Part shown: piece by piece, positions 1 through 9,091 of the stretch | Layout: every line of letters starts with the position of its first letter | Position numbering within the stretch: the first letter of the stretch is position 1 | Source: Anaerolineales bacterium | GTDB taxonomy: Bacteria; Chloroflexota; Anaerolineae; JAAEKA01 | Direction: 5' to 3' | Length of the DNA: 64,000 nucleotides | Assembly (NCBI GenBank): GCA_034432445.1 | Contig: DAOUBX010000204.1 | Span: 2,143-66,142, forward strand | Made by a program: the position numbers and the translations under genes | The notes under the pieces: model-generated | What the model saw: only the letters and a program-made list of their open reading frames with translations | Told to the model about the DNA's origin: nothing | Database searches by the model: none

Positions 1-652
1 AAGTCCTGCCCTTGACGCCAGTAGTGCTCGACGATGTTGGCCAGCAGAATGTGTTCGCGGCTGCGCACGGGGTCCGCCTCGATACCGATCAAACCCAGCA
101 AGGCACTCACCGTGCCGCTGACGCGCTCGCGCAAGGCCTCTTGCTCATCCTCCCAACTGAGCTTGGGAGCGGCAAAGGAGCTGAGGATGCTGACCGGCAG
201 GCCGGCGTCCGAGCCCGGGGTGTAGATCAGGAAGTCGGCACTCTCTTTGAGCAGGCGAATCCGTTCTGGCCCTTGTCCCCAATCAGCCAGCCCCTTGGCC
301 CAGGTTTCGGCCTGCTTGGCGGCATAAGCCTCGGGCGTCATGTCTTTGCGCCGGGCATCGTCGATGTTGATCCAGGGCAGGAAGTCCTCCGGCTGCAGAT
401 TGGGGAAGGTCAGCAGCAGGTTGGTGATGTCGCCCTTGGGGTCGATGATGATCATCGGCACCTGGTCAATGGCTGCCTCCTCCATCAAGTCGATGCAGAG
501 ACCGGTCTTGCCGCTACCGGTCATCCCTACGCAAACAGCGTGCGTTGTCAGATCGCGCGCATCGTACATCACCGGCGTATCTTTCAGTTGGCCGGCTTGC
601 AAGTCATACTCTTTGCCAAGATAGAATACGCCCAGGCGCTCAGGGATAGACA
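1..652 (-). CDS. HerA/FtsK-like P-loop ATPase (DUF87-type), N-terminal part only; the gene runs off the window start
   Basis: Reverse-strand translation from the ATG at 652 gives [21 protein letters not shown]...[36 protein letters not shown]. Walker [10 protein letters not shown] followed by a hydrophobic strand ending in D is typical of HerA/VirB4-like ATPases. It is absent from the ORF track because there is no stop inside the window. Confidence 0.5.
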
Positions 653-688
653 TGGCCCACGCTCCGGAAAAGGTTAAAAGGTGAATAT

Positions 689-783
689 CTAGGTGCCGGG
701 TATTGGGACCCACGACCGGTTTGCAGCGGAAGTCGGCTCAGCGGACACCCTTCCCAACGCAGACTCAAGTGCCCGGCACCTAG
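689..783. repeat. MITE/REP-like intergenic element, copy A, with perfect 12-bp TIRs CTAGGTGCCGGG / CCCGGCACCTAG
   Basis: The termini are exact reverse complements. The internal sequence (CGACCGGTTTGC..GTCGGCTC.GCGGACACCC..CAGACTCA.GTGCCCGGCACCTA) recurs at about 14587, 17037, 19705, 25651, 33918, 50547 and 50784. Confidence 0.7.
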
Positions 784-916
784 AGCTGAAAGCTGAATGA
801 AAGTGGAAAGAGACTCGTACTGGTGGCGGCGCCTATTATAACACAACTGGACATCGGCGAAAAAGCAAAGGTGATACAAGAGGACTCCACACTGTGGCCA
901 TGGCACTCCGAAGCGA

Positions 917-1339
917 TTACTCGATGGGGGGGTGCCACTGACGGGCAATCCACAAGATGCGCGCCTCGACCACGTACTCATTGTTCATCCGCAACGCCAG
1001 GACGGTGGCGCGGCCGGTGGCGGTCAAACCCACGATGTGAGTGCCCCCGTTGGCCCAGGCCAAGTGTTCCCTCCAACTGTCAGCGCGGGGATTAAACAGC
1101 GGGACGAATTCGCTGGTCAGTGGGTCCAACCCGTGGGTCTTGCTCCCCTTGTACTCGTTGCAGCGATAACACGCAGCGCAGAGGTTCCCGATGTCGTCAC
1201 GGCCGCCCAGCACCTTGGGATAGATGTGATCGACCACCAGTGGCATGCCGATCACGCGGCGCGATGTCAGACAGTACTCGCAGCGATGTCCTGCTCGCTC
1301 GAAAACCTGCTGGCGCAGCACATCCGACAAAACCGCCAT
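917..1339 (-). CDS. HNH endonuclease (McrA-like)
   Basis: 140 aa. HNH motif: CEYC ... VDHIYPKVLGG ... NLCAACYRCNEYKG (Cys4 zinc-binding plus catalytic His). Confidence 0.8.
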   Translation of the reverse strand: MAVLSDVLRQQVFERAGHRCEYCLTSRRVIGMPLVVDHIYPKVLGGRDDIGNLCAACYRCNEYKGSKTHGLDPLTSEFVPLFNPRADSWREHLAWANGGTHIVGLTATGRATVLALRMNNEYVVEARILWIARQWHPPIE

Positions 1340-1342
1340 CGT

Positions 1343-1765
1343 TCACTCCAACGGAAGATCGTCTAGCCTTGGTGTTGCTACGCCGCGCCAGCGCATGACT
1401 GACCAGGCATAGGCTTTGCGCACCATCAAGCGGTCGGCAGCCAGACGCAGTTCCTTCAGTTCCTCTTGCTCGACTGGTGTAAGGTCACCAGCACTGTTCT
1501 TCTCCAGCAACTCAAGATGACGCGCTTGGTCGTCCGGGGGGATCTGTTGCGCAGCAATTCGGCTCAACTGCTCGACGGACATAACCTGCATCGCGAGAAG
1601 CTCATCGCTCATCTCGGCCGGCGCAGTTGCGACCGATGGGGGCAGATTGCCCTCGACGCTTTGGCGCACCACCTGCTCTAGCGGCCGCTTGGTTGCGATG
1701 GCAACCTGGCTCAGGTAGCTGAAGACTGGTTCAGGCAGTTGTAGAGTCACGCTCGTTGAAGTCAT
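1343..1765 (-). CDS. Hypothetical protein with a possible N-terminal ribbon-helix-helix, then a helical C-terminus; translationally adjacent to the HNH gene
   Basis: 140 aa ORF with no competing frame. N-terminus VTLQLPEPVFSYLSQVAIATKRPLEQVVRQSV has a beta-alpha-alpha RHH-like pattern. Its stop lies 3 nt from the HNH start. Confidence 0.45.
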   Translation of the reverse strand: MTSTSVTLQLPEPVFSYLSQVAIATKRPLEQVVRQSVEGNLPPSVATAPAEMSDELLAMQVMSVEQLSRIAAQQIPPDDQARHLELLEKNSAGDLTPVEQEELKELRLAADRLMVRKAYAWSVMRWRGVATPRLDDLPLE

Positions 1766-1998
1766 ACGTCACCTCTTTGCGGATGCTTGCAGCCTCAGTA
1801 TACCGCAGGCGCCTCAATCCAGCAACCTCAAACGTAGGTGCGGCTATCAGCCGGACGATGGTGTGGAGACGAGGCCGACCACATCCAAACCGGCCACGCC
1901 GGGATCGTGCGAAAAATCCTCGTTGACAGATGGTCTCGGTTGTGAGATTACACAACTTGCCCGGAAAGCTAGACAACCGCGTCGCCGAACGCGCGCAT

Positions 1999-2027
1999 TT
2001 GACAGACGCTTGGGTCAATGCTACACT
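1999..2027 (+). promoter_or_regulatory. Sigma-70-type promoter for the thi operon (TTGACA-17 nt-TACACT)
   Basis: TTGACA at 1999-2004, a 17-nt spacer, TACACT at 2022-2027. The riboswitch aptamer begins about 15 nt downstream. Confidence 0.55.
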
Positions 2028-2042
2028 GCTTGTGTAACTCAA

Positions 2043-2199
2043 TGACATGCAGGGGAGCCGGGGTGCGCCCGGCTGAGAGGGTGAGCCGCTCTGCTCACCG
2101 ACCCTTCGAACCTGACCTGGGTAATGCCGGCGTAGGGATGCACCGATCCAGCACGAGCAAGGCCGTCTGCCGTAACCAGGCAGGCGGCCTTTTCTGTTG
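2043..2199 (+). ncRNA. TPP (THI-box) riboswitch: aptamer plus intrinsic-terminator expression platform
   Basis: Conserved THI elements GGGGTGCGCCCGGCTGAGAGG...ACCCTTCGAACCTGACCTGGGTAATGCCGGCGTAGGGA. These are followed by hairpin GGCCGTCTGCC-GTAACCA-GGCAGGCGGCC plus TTTTCTGTT, immediately upstream of thiamine-salvage genes. Confidence 0.9.
2160..2199 (+). terminator. Rho-independent terminator forming the OFF state of the TPP riboswitch
   Basis: 11-bp GC-rich stem (GGCCGTCTGCC/GGCAGGCGGCC), a 7-nt loop and a U-tract. Confidence 0.7.
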
Positions 2200-2215
2200 G
2201 CAAAGAGGATGAGAC

Positions 2216-2869
2216 ATGCGCGCATTTGTAGTGGCCAGCAGTCCCCAATCTGCACCGCCCGCTGACCATTGTCCGCAGCCGGGCGATCTGGTTATTGCCG
2301 CCGATGGCGGAGCCAACTTGTGTCGCGCCTGGGGATGGCCGGTGGACTTGGTGGTGGGCGATATGGACTCGGTGGACGCCGAGGTCAAAGCCGAGCTGCA
2401 CAGCCAAGGTGTGCCATTTCATGTCTACCCGGCCGACAAGGACGAGACCGATCTGGAACTGAGTTTGCGCCTGGCCCTGGCGGCCCAGCCGGCCGAGATC
2501 CTCATTGCCGGCGCTCTGGGCGCGCGCATCGATCACACTCTCGGTAATCTGGCGTTGCTGGCCCTGCCGGAGCTCGCGGCTGCGCGCGCTAGCATCGTGG
2601 ATGGTAACCAAACCATCTGGCTGACGCGTGGCCGCCTCGAGGTCAACGGCAGGCCGGGCGACACGCTGTCGCTGCTGCCGTTCGGCGGCGATGCCTGTGG
2701 CGTCAACATCCGCGGTGTGCGCTGGCCGTTGCAAGGGGCCAACCTGCCGCTGGGGCCTTCGCTGGGCATCAGCAACCGGCTCACCCATGACTGCGCCGAG
2801 GTCGGTGTGCAAGAGGGGACTCTCCTGGTCATTCATATTCGCAAGAGCGGAAAGGAGAAGGAACCATGA
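2216..2869 (+). CDS. thiN: Thiamine pyrophosphokinase (thiamine diphosphokinase)
   Basis: 217 aa with GDxDS signature VVGDMDSV and a TPK catalytic/thiamine-binding domain pattern. Sits directly downstream of the TPP riboswitch. Confidence 0.8.
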   Translation: MRAFVVASSPQSAPPADHCPQPGDLVIAADGGANLCRAWGWPVDLVVGDMDSVDAEVKAELHSQGVPFHVYPADKDETDLELSLRLALAAQPAEILIAGALGARIDHTLGNLALLALPELAAARASIVDGNQTIWLTRGRLEVNGRPGDTLSLLPFGGDACGVNIRGVRWPLQGANLPLGPSLGISNRLTHDCAEVGVQEGTLLVIHIRKSGKEKEP

Positions 2870-3963
2870 CCAAGCGAATACACTTACTGCTGGCCCTGGC
2901 GCTGATTGGAGCAGCCTTGGCGGCATGTGGGCCGCAATATGCGGGAGCGCCGGCTGCGCAGCCGCTGCGTGGGGCGACGCCGCAGCCGGTGGTGTTGATG
3001 TCGCACGACAGCTTTGCCGTCAGTGAAGAAGTGATACGCCAGTTCGAGACTGCCAACAACGCCAAGGTGGAATTCCTGAAGGCTGGCGACGCCGGCGAAG
3101 CGCTCAACAAAGCTTGCCTGAGCAAGGACAACCCCCTGGCCGACGTCTTCTTCGGCGTGGACAACACCTTCCTCAGCCGCGCCATCCAGTGCGACATCTT
3201 TGCGCCGTATCAGTCGCCGGCCTTGGCGGACATCCCCGATGAACTGGAGATCGATCCCAGCCATCGCTTGCTGCCGGTGGACTTCGGCTACGTCAACCTG
3301 AACTACGACCGGCGTTGGTTCGAGGAGAAGGGCTTGGCTGTGCCGCAGGCACTCGAGGATTTGACCAAACCCGAGTACAAGGGCTTGCTGGTCGTGCAAA
3401 ATCCGGCCACATCCTCGCCTGGCCTGGCCTTTCTCTTGACCACCGTGGCCCACTTCGGCGAGGAAGGGCCCTACACCTACCTGGACTTCTGGCGCGATCT
3501 GCGCGCCAACGACGTTCTAGTCACCGACGGCTGGAGCGAGGCTTATTTCAGCCACTTCACCGTGGGCAGCGGCGGTGAGGGCGATCGGCCCTTGGTTGTG
3601 AGCTACGCCACCAGCCCGCCCGCCGATGTCTACTACAGCGAAGGCGCCAAGAGCGAGCCAGACAGCGGCAACATCTCGCCTGCCAACGGCGTGTTCCGCC
3701 AGGTGGAGTTCGTCGGAATTCTCAAGGGTACGTCGCAACGCAGCCTGGCCGAGAAGCTGGTTGATTTCATGCTCGGTCAGACTTTCCAGGAGGACATTCC
3801 CCTCCAGATGTTCGTCTATCCGGCCAACCAGCGGGCCGCGCTGCCCGATCTTTTCACCCAGTTCGCCCAGGTGCCGACCCAGCCGGTGCAGATAAACCCT
3901 GAGGAAATCGAGGCCAACCGCGAGCGCTGGATCGAGGCATGGCTGGAGACGGTCGTGCGCTAA
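2866..3963 (+). CDS. Thiamine/TPP ABC transporter substrate-binding lipoprotein (TbpA/ThiB-like)
   Basis: 365 aa. Lipoprotein signal [21 protein letters not shown]. Periplasmic-binding-protein fold. GGAGAAGGA RBS. Overlaps the TPK stop by 4 bp. Confidence 0.8.
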   Translation: MTKRIHLLLALALIGAALAACGPQYAGAPAAQPLRGATPQPVVLMSHDSFAVSEEVIRQFETANNAKVEFLKAGDAGEALNKACLSKDNPLADVFFGVDNTFLSRAIQCDIFAPYQSPALADIPDELEIDPSHRLLPVDFGYVNLNYDRRWFEEKGLAVPQALEDLTKPEYKGLLVVQNPATSSPGLAFLLTTVAHFGEEGPYTYLDFWRDLRANDVLVTDGWSEAYFSHFTVGSGGEGDRPLVVSYATSPPADVYYSEGAKSEPDSGNISPANGVFRQVEFVGILKGTSQRSLAEKLVDFMLGQTFQEDIPLQMFVYPANQRAALPDLFTQFAQVPTQPVQINPEEIEANRERWIEAWLETVVR

Positions 3964-4114
3964 ATCCGCTGCCGCCGACCAACCCGCTCAGGCAGGTCTG
4001 CGGAATGCGCCCACCACAAGCAAGCATCCCAAGCCAAGCCGGCGACTGCTCGTCGCCGGCTTGGCTGCCAGTCGTCGTTTGACTAGAGCAACAACGATTG
4101 CCTCTCGATCTGTC

Positions 4115-5809
4115 ATGACCCCTGCGTCGCATCGCGTCAACCCACTCACCTATCTGCTCTACGCCCTGCCGCTGGCCTTTATGGCCATCTTCTACTTTTA
4201 CCCTTTGCTGAGCATCCTGGGCTTGGGGCTGGCGCCAGAAGGGAAGGTGGACCTGAGCGGTTTTGCGGCGTTGGTGGAGCGACCCTACCTCGGTCGCGTC
4301 CTGTGGTTCACCGCGTGGCAAGCGCTGCTTTCCACGGCGCTCACGCTTCTGCTGGGCTTGCCCGCGGCATACGTGTTTGCCCACTACGAGTTTCCCGGCA
4401 AGAACTTGCTGCGCGCGCTGACGACCATCCCTTTCGTCATGCCTACAGTGGTCGTGGCTGCGGCCTTTGCCACGCTGCTGGGGCCACGCGGCCTGCTCAA
4501 CCAGTGGCTCATGGCTGCGTTCGGCCTGGCCCGTCCCCCCATCGACCTCCTGTACACGATCTGGATTATCCTCCTGGCGCACGTGTTCTACAACACCACG
4601 GTGATCGTGCGCATCGTTGGCGACTTCTGGGCCAACCTAGATCCACACCTCGGCGAGGCGGCTGCCATCCTGGGTGCCCATCGTGGCCGCGTGCTGCGCG
4701 AGATAACCTTGCCGCTGTTGCTCCCCTCGATCATCGCCGCGGGTCTGCTGGTGTTCCTCTTCTGCTTCACCAGCTTTGGCGTGATCCTGATCCTAGGGGG
4801 GCCGCGCTACGCCACGCTGGAGGTAGAGATCTACTACCAGGCAGTGAACCTCTTCAACCTGCCGCTGGCGGCGGCGCTGTCGTTGGTGCAACTGGCGATA
4901 ACCTTCAGCGTCATGGTGGTCTACACACGTCTGCAGGCGCGCGCCTCGCTGCCGCTCAACTTGCGGCCGCGCGCCAGCATTGCACGACGACCGGCCAACT
5001 GGCGGGAATGGCTGGCCGTGGGCGCGGTCATCACCCTGCTCTCGGCCGTCCTGCTGACGCCGCTCTTCGCCCTGGCCTGGCGCTCCGTGACCCTGGGGGC
5101 AGGTCCGCCCTCGCTGCGCTACTACCAGGCACTTACCGTCAACCGCAGTCAGGACATCTTCTTCGTGCCGCCGGTACAGGCCATCCGCAACTCGCTGGCG
5201 TTTTCTGTGCTGGCCACGGCGCTGGCCCTGGTCCTGGGGCTGATCAGCAGCTACATGCTCATCGCGCCGGGCCGCGTGGCCGGCCGGCTGGCGCGCTGGT
5301 TGGACCCGATCCTGCTGCTGCCGCTGGGCACCTCAGCGGTCACCCTTGGCCTGGGCTATATCGTCGCCCTCGACGCGCCACCGCTGAACTTGCGCACCTC
5401 GCTGGCCCTCATCCCGCTGGCCTATACGCTGATTGCTATGCCCTTCGTGGTGCGCTCGCTGCTGCCGGCCCTGCGCAGCCTCGATCCCGGCTTGCGCGAG
5501 GCAGCTGCAGTGCTAGGCGCTGCACCGACGCGCGTCATCCGCGAGGTCGATCTGCCGATTGTTGGCCGCGCGGTGCTGGTGGCCGGCGTGTTTGCCTTCA
5601 CGATCAGCCTGGGCGAGTTCGGCGCCACGCTGCTGCTCTATCAGCCGCGCTTTCCGACCATGTCGGTGGTGATCTATCGCGCCTTGAGCCAGCCCGGACT
5701 GCTCAACTACGGCCAGGCTCTGGCCATGAGCACGCTGCTGATGCTGGTGTGCATTGGTGGCCTATTGGTCATTGAGCGCTTTCGCGTCGGCGGTGTGGGA
5801 GAGTTCTAA
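4115..5809 (+). CDS. ABC transporter permease, two fused BPD_transp_1 domains (ThiP-like thiamine permease)
   Basis: The ORF track gives 4061..5809. ATG at 4115 (MTPASHRVNPLTYLLYALPLAF...) is the likely start. About 12 TM segments with two EAA-like loops. Confidence 0.8.
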   Translation: MTPASHRVNPLTYLLYALPLAFMAIFYFYPLLSILGLGLAPEGKVDLSGFAALVERPYLGRVLWFTAWQALLSTALTLLLGLPAAYVFAHYEFPGKNLLRALTTIPFVMPTVVVAAAFATLLGPRGLLNQWLMAAFGLARPPIDLLYTIWIILLAHVFYNTTVIVRIVGDFWANLDPHLGEAAAILGAHRGRVLREITLPLLLPSIIAAGLLVFLFCFTSFGVILILGGPRYATLEVEIYYQAVNLFNLPLAAALSLVQLAITFSVMVVYTRLQARASLPLNLRPRASIARRPANWREWLAVGAVITLLSAVLLTPLFALAWRSVTLGAGPPSLRYYQALTVNRSQDIFFVPPVQAIRNSLAFSVLATALALVLGLISSYMLIAPGRVAGRLARWLDPILLLPLGTSAVTLGLGYIVALDAPPLNLRTSLALIPLAYTLIAMPFVVRSLLPALRSLDPGLREAAAVLGAAPTRVIREVDLPIVGRAVLVAGVFAFTISLGEFGATLLLYQPRFPTMSVVIYRALSQPGLLNYGQALAMSTLLMLVCIGGLLVIERFRVGGVGEF

Positions 5810-6915
5810 TGCCTTTGCTAGAAGTTCGCGGCGTAACCAAGTCCTTTGGCTCGACGCCGGTGTTGCACGCCATTTCATTCGCCGTAGAGGCGGGCGAGAT
5901 CTTGTGTCTGCTCGGTCCGTCGGGATGCGGCAAGACCACCCTGTTGCGCATTGTCGCCGGGCTAGAACATGCCGATGCTGGCGCGGTGTTGTGCGACGGG
6001 CGGGACTTGGCGGCCACGCCGGCGCACCGCCGGGGCTTCGGTCTGATGTTCCAGGACTACGCGCTTTTCCCGCACAAGAGCGTGGCCGAGAACATCGCCT
6101 TTGGACTGCGCATGGCCGGGCAGGATCGGCCAACCATTCAGCAACGCGTTGCCGCCATGCTCGACCTCGTCAATCTGACAGGATACGACGAGCGCCGCGT
6201 GCACGAGCTTTCCGGCGGCGAGCAACAACGGGTGGCCCTGGCGCGCAGCCTGGCGCCTAGCCCGCGGCTGCTGATGCTCGATGAGCCGCTGGGCTCGCTG
6301 GACCGCACTCTGCGCGAGGAACTGATGACCGAGCTGCGGCGCATCCTCAAACAGATCGGCATGACGGCGCTTTACGTCACCCACGACCAACAAGAGGCCT
6401 TTGCCATCGCCGATCGGGTGTTGATCCTCAACGCCGGCCGCATCGAGCAGCAAGGAACGCCCCTTGCGGTCTACCGGCGACCGGCCAGCCGCTTCGTCGC
6501 GCACTTCTTAGGCATGCACAATCTCTTGCCCGGGGTGCTGCTGACGGATGCCCCGCAACCGGCGGTTGCCACGCCCATTGGAACGCTGGCTTGCGCCGGC
6601 TGCAGCGAGCCGATCGCAGCCGGCGCTGCGGTCACCGTGCTGGTGCGGCCGGATGCTGCGGCGCTCTTGCCGGCCGCCAGCCAATCCTCTGGGCCCAACT
6701 GTGTACAAGGCGCGCTGGCAGACTTCTCCTTTCGCGGCAGCCAGGTCAAGCTAACGGTTGACTGCGGCTTGCACACTCGCCTGACCTTCGAGCTGCCAGG
6801 CGCCAGCGCCAGCGCACTGCCGGCGCTCGGCCAGCCTGTAGCGCTCTTCCTTGATCAAGAAGGGGTTACGCTGCTGCCGGCTGATGAGCCACAGGCCTCG
6901 ACCATTCAGCAATAG
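5809..6915 (+). CDS. ABC transporter ATP-binding protein (ThiQ/PotA-like, with C-terminal TOBE-like domain)
   Basis: Walker A LLGPSGCGKTT, ABC signature LSGGEQQRVALARSL, Walker B LLMLDEP. Start overlaps the permease stop. Confidence 0.85.
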   Translation: MPLLEVRGVTKSFGSTPVLHAISFAVEAGEILCLLGPSGCGKTTLLRIVAGLEHADAGAVLCDGRDLAATPAHRRGFGLMFQDYALFPHKSVAENIAFGLRMAGQDRPTIQQRVAAMLDLVNLTGYDERRVHELSGGEQQRVALARSLAPSPRLLMLDEPLGSLDRTLREELMTELRRILKQIGMTALYVTHDQQEAFAIADRVLILNAGRIEQQGTPLAVYRRPASRFVAHFLGMHNLLPGVLLTDAPQPAVATPIGTLACAGCSEPIAAGAAVTVLVRPDAAALLPAASQSSGPNCVQGALADFSFRGSQVKLTVDCGLHTRLTFELPGASASALPALGQPVALFLDQEGVTLLPADEPQASTIQQ

Positions 6916-7058
6916 AAGCCGGGCGCTTGGATCCGCGCTTGCAACGGCGTCTGTCAAGCCGATACAGGCTCCACGGCTGCCAGCGCCTGCTGTCTGAGCC
7001 GCAACGGCTAAAGCTGCTTGGGGAGTGCTGTTCTTGGCTCGGTAAGTTAGCAAATATA

Positions 7059-7107
7059 CGAACAGGTGTTCGTCTAGTTTGACAAATTGCGCCTGTTGCA
7101 CTATACT
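7059..7107 (+). promoter_or_regulatory. LexA (Cheo-type, GAAC-N4-GTTC) SOS box abutting a consensus sigma-70 promoter upstream of ssb
   Basis: CGAACAGGTGTTCG at 7059-7072 is a perfect palindrome matching the Gram-positive/Chloroflexi-type LexA operator. TTGACA (7079-7084), a 17-nt spacer, TATACT (7102-7107). Confidence 0.55.
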
Positions 7108-7337
7108 CCTTGCGCAGGAACCGGACAACTCCGATGATGACGGTTCCTCTTCGCAGCGGTCTGGATTGTTTACGCACGAACGCCAAGGATCAATTGCACA
7201 GAAGACAAGGCCGTTGCGGCGCCCCCTATCTCTGGGCGGATCTCCGCAACCTCTCATACCGCCCTCGCCGGCACCCTCCCCTTGCACGGTTCACTGCGTA
7301 GCTCCTGCCGCCATCTTACACCACAAGGAGCACTGCC

Positions 7338-7754
7338 ATGTACAGCAAAACCATCGTCGTCGGGCACTTAGGGCGTGACCCTGAGCTACGCTACACCGCA
7401 AGCGGACAGGCCGTCTCGTCCTTTTCCGTCGCCACCACCCGGCGCTGGACCAGCCAGGACGGCACACAGCAAGAGAAGACCACATGGTTCCGCGTCACGG
7501 CCTGGGGCAAGCTGGGCGAGCTCTGCCATCAATACCTGGCCAAGGGGCGGCTGGTACTGGTGGAAGGGGACATCGACGCCTCGGCCTGGCGGTCGTCGGA
7601 CGGTGAACCGCGAGCCAGCCTCGAGCTGACGGCGCGCAACGTGCGCTTTTTGGGCGGCCGTGACATGATGGGGCCGGTGCCCGCCATGACGGGCGCAGGG
7701 GGCCACATGGACGCCGAGCCGCCGATGATCGAAGAGGAAGAGATTCCCTTCTGA
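7338..7754 (+). CDS. ssb: Single-stranded DNA-binding protein
   Basis: 138 aa. OB-fold N-terminus, Gly/Pro-rich linker and acidic tail ending EEEIPF (SSB C-terminal protein-interaction motif). Confidence 0.9.
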   Translation: MYSKTIVVGHLGRDPELRYTASGQAVSSFSVATTRRWTSQDGTQQEKTTWFRVTAWGKLGELCHQYLAKGRLVLVEGDIDASAWRSSDGEPRASLELTARNVRFLGGRDMMGPVPAMTGAGGHMDAEPPMIEEEEIPF

Positions 7755-7844
7755 ACGGTGAAGCTCCGTCCCCATCGCAAGAGATGGCGCGCTCTCTGTT
7801 TCCATCAATTTTTGCATGCCATGCAGAAAACGGCAGGGTTCTGC

Positions 7845-7873
7845 TTGACGCCGCGCGCCAGTTGTGGTAAGAT
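7845..7873 (+). promoter_or_regulatory. Sigma-70-type promoter (TTGACG-17 nt-TAAGAT) for the LysM gene, giving a 5' leader of about 215 nt
   Basis: The hexamers have a 17-nt spacer. An imperfect palindrome TTTTGCATGCCATGCAGAAAA lies 15 nt upstream of the -35 hexamer. Confidence 0.45.
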
Positions 7874-8091
7874 CGAAGCGTGCTGCTGACATAAGCTTGC
7901 ACGCTCGGGCACCTTTCCCTGCTAGCAGGTGTTTCCCATCGAGTATTGCGCCGAGCCAAACCGACGCAACTGCGATACAGATGGCCCTTGCACTGACCTG
8001 CTTGTGACAACTACCGTGCGATGCAAAACAGCGATGTAGGATTGCGGTCGTATGCTGTCTCGCCGCCATGCCCAGGGGATAGGAGTGTGTT

Positions 8092-8910
8092 ATGAAGCCA
8101 ATCATCCACCGTTACACGATCGCCGTGGTTTTGTTGTTGCTCGTGGCCCTGCTGTCGACCGCATGCCAACGTGAGCGACCAGCGCCGCAAGCAACTGAGA
8201 GTTGGAGTGTCTCACCGGTCGCTCAGCCCACAGGCGCAGCTACTTCTGCTACGCCCGCTGCTCAGCCCAGCCCCAATACCACAACGGTAGCGATTGAGGG
8301 TAGCCAGCCTGGGTCCACTGCGCCGGCAATTATCACCCTGCCCACGAGTCCCTCCGCTGCAACCCCCTCCGGTGTTGTGGTTGTGCCTGCTGTCCCCACC
8401 AAAAGCTACACGGTTCAAGCCGGCGACACCCTGTTCGGCCTCGCCTTGGAGTTTGGCACTGACGTCGAGACGCTGCGGCGCCTGAACAACCTGCCCGATG
8501 ACAGCCTGCAGGTCGGGCAAGTGCTGCAGGTACCGGACACCGGGCAGCAGGCCGACGCGCAAGCCACGCCGGCAGCTACCGGCCAGCAGGTCGTCTATGT
8601 CGTCACGACCGGAGACACGCTCAGTGCCATTGCCGAGCGCTTCAATGTCAAATGGACCGATATTGCGGCGGCTAACAACATCGCTGCGCCCTACACAATT
8701 TACCGTGGGCAAAAGCTGATAATCCCCGGCGTCACGGCTACGGCTACGCCGGCTGTCCCCACGCGTACGCACAAGGTGCAAGCCGGCGAAACGCTTTACA
8801 GCATCGCCGTGCAGTACGGCGTGACGGTGCGATCGATCATGGAGGCCAACAACCTGACGAATCCTGATCTGATCAGGACGGGGCAGGAGCTGGTCATCCC
8901 AGGTCAGTGA
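8092..8910 (+). CDS. LysM-domain (3 repeats) secreted peptidoglycan-binding protein
   Basis: Signal/TM at the N-terminus. Three LysM repeats (YTVQAGDTLFGLALEFG..., YVVTTGDTLSAIAERFN..., HKVQAGETLYSIAVQYG...) separated by Thr/Pro/Ala-rich linkers. Confidence 0.85.
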   Translation: MKPIIHRYTIAVVLLLLVALLSTACQRERPAPQATESWSVSPVAQPTGAATSATPAAQPSPNTTTVAIEGSQPGSTAPAIITLPTSPSAATPSGVVVVPAVPTKSYTVQAGDTLFGLALEFGTDVETLRRLNNLPDDSLQVGQVLQVPDTGQQADAQATPAATGQQVVYVVTTGDTLSAIAERFNVKWTDIAAANNIAAPYTIYRGQKLIIPGVTATATPAVPTRTHKVQAGETLYSIAVQYGVTVRSIMEANNLTNPDLIRTGQELVIPGQ

Positions 8911-8945
8911 GAACAGCCTCCACGCGGAGATTAGGGACCTCGGAC

Positions 8946-8985
8946 CTCGTAGCGGCGACTTCAGTTGCTCTGTGAAGGCCAGATG
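8946..8985 (+). terminator. Possible hairpin terminator after the LysM gene (no U-tract)
   Basis: CGACTTCAGT ... ACTGAAGTCG 10-bp inverted repeat with a 20-nt loop. Weak because there is no T-run. Confidence 0.25.
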
Positions 8986-9091
8986 ACTGAAGTCGTTACC
9001 ACGAAAGGCATCATGCGTAGGGGATGGCGCGCCGCCTAGGGCGGTGAACTGCATTGCCGGGGCCCATTCCCGCCCAAACGTATAGGGCACT

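Noticed and set aside
2039-2926. 295-aa antisense ORF covering the TPP riboswitch and thiamine pyrophosphokinase gene
   Set aside because: It is antisense to a gene with clear motifs and runs through the riboswitch. It has low-complexity Arg/Ala composition.
4303-5775. 490-aa ORF in an alternative + frame inside the ABC permease gene
   Set aside because: Arg/Ala/Pro-rich translation typical of off-frame reading of high-GC coding DNA. It is fully contained in a well-supported permease CDS.
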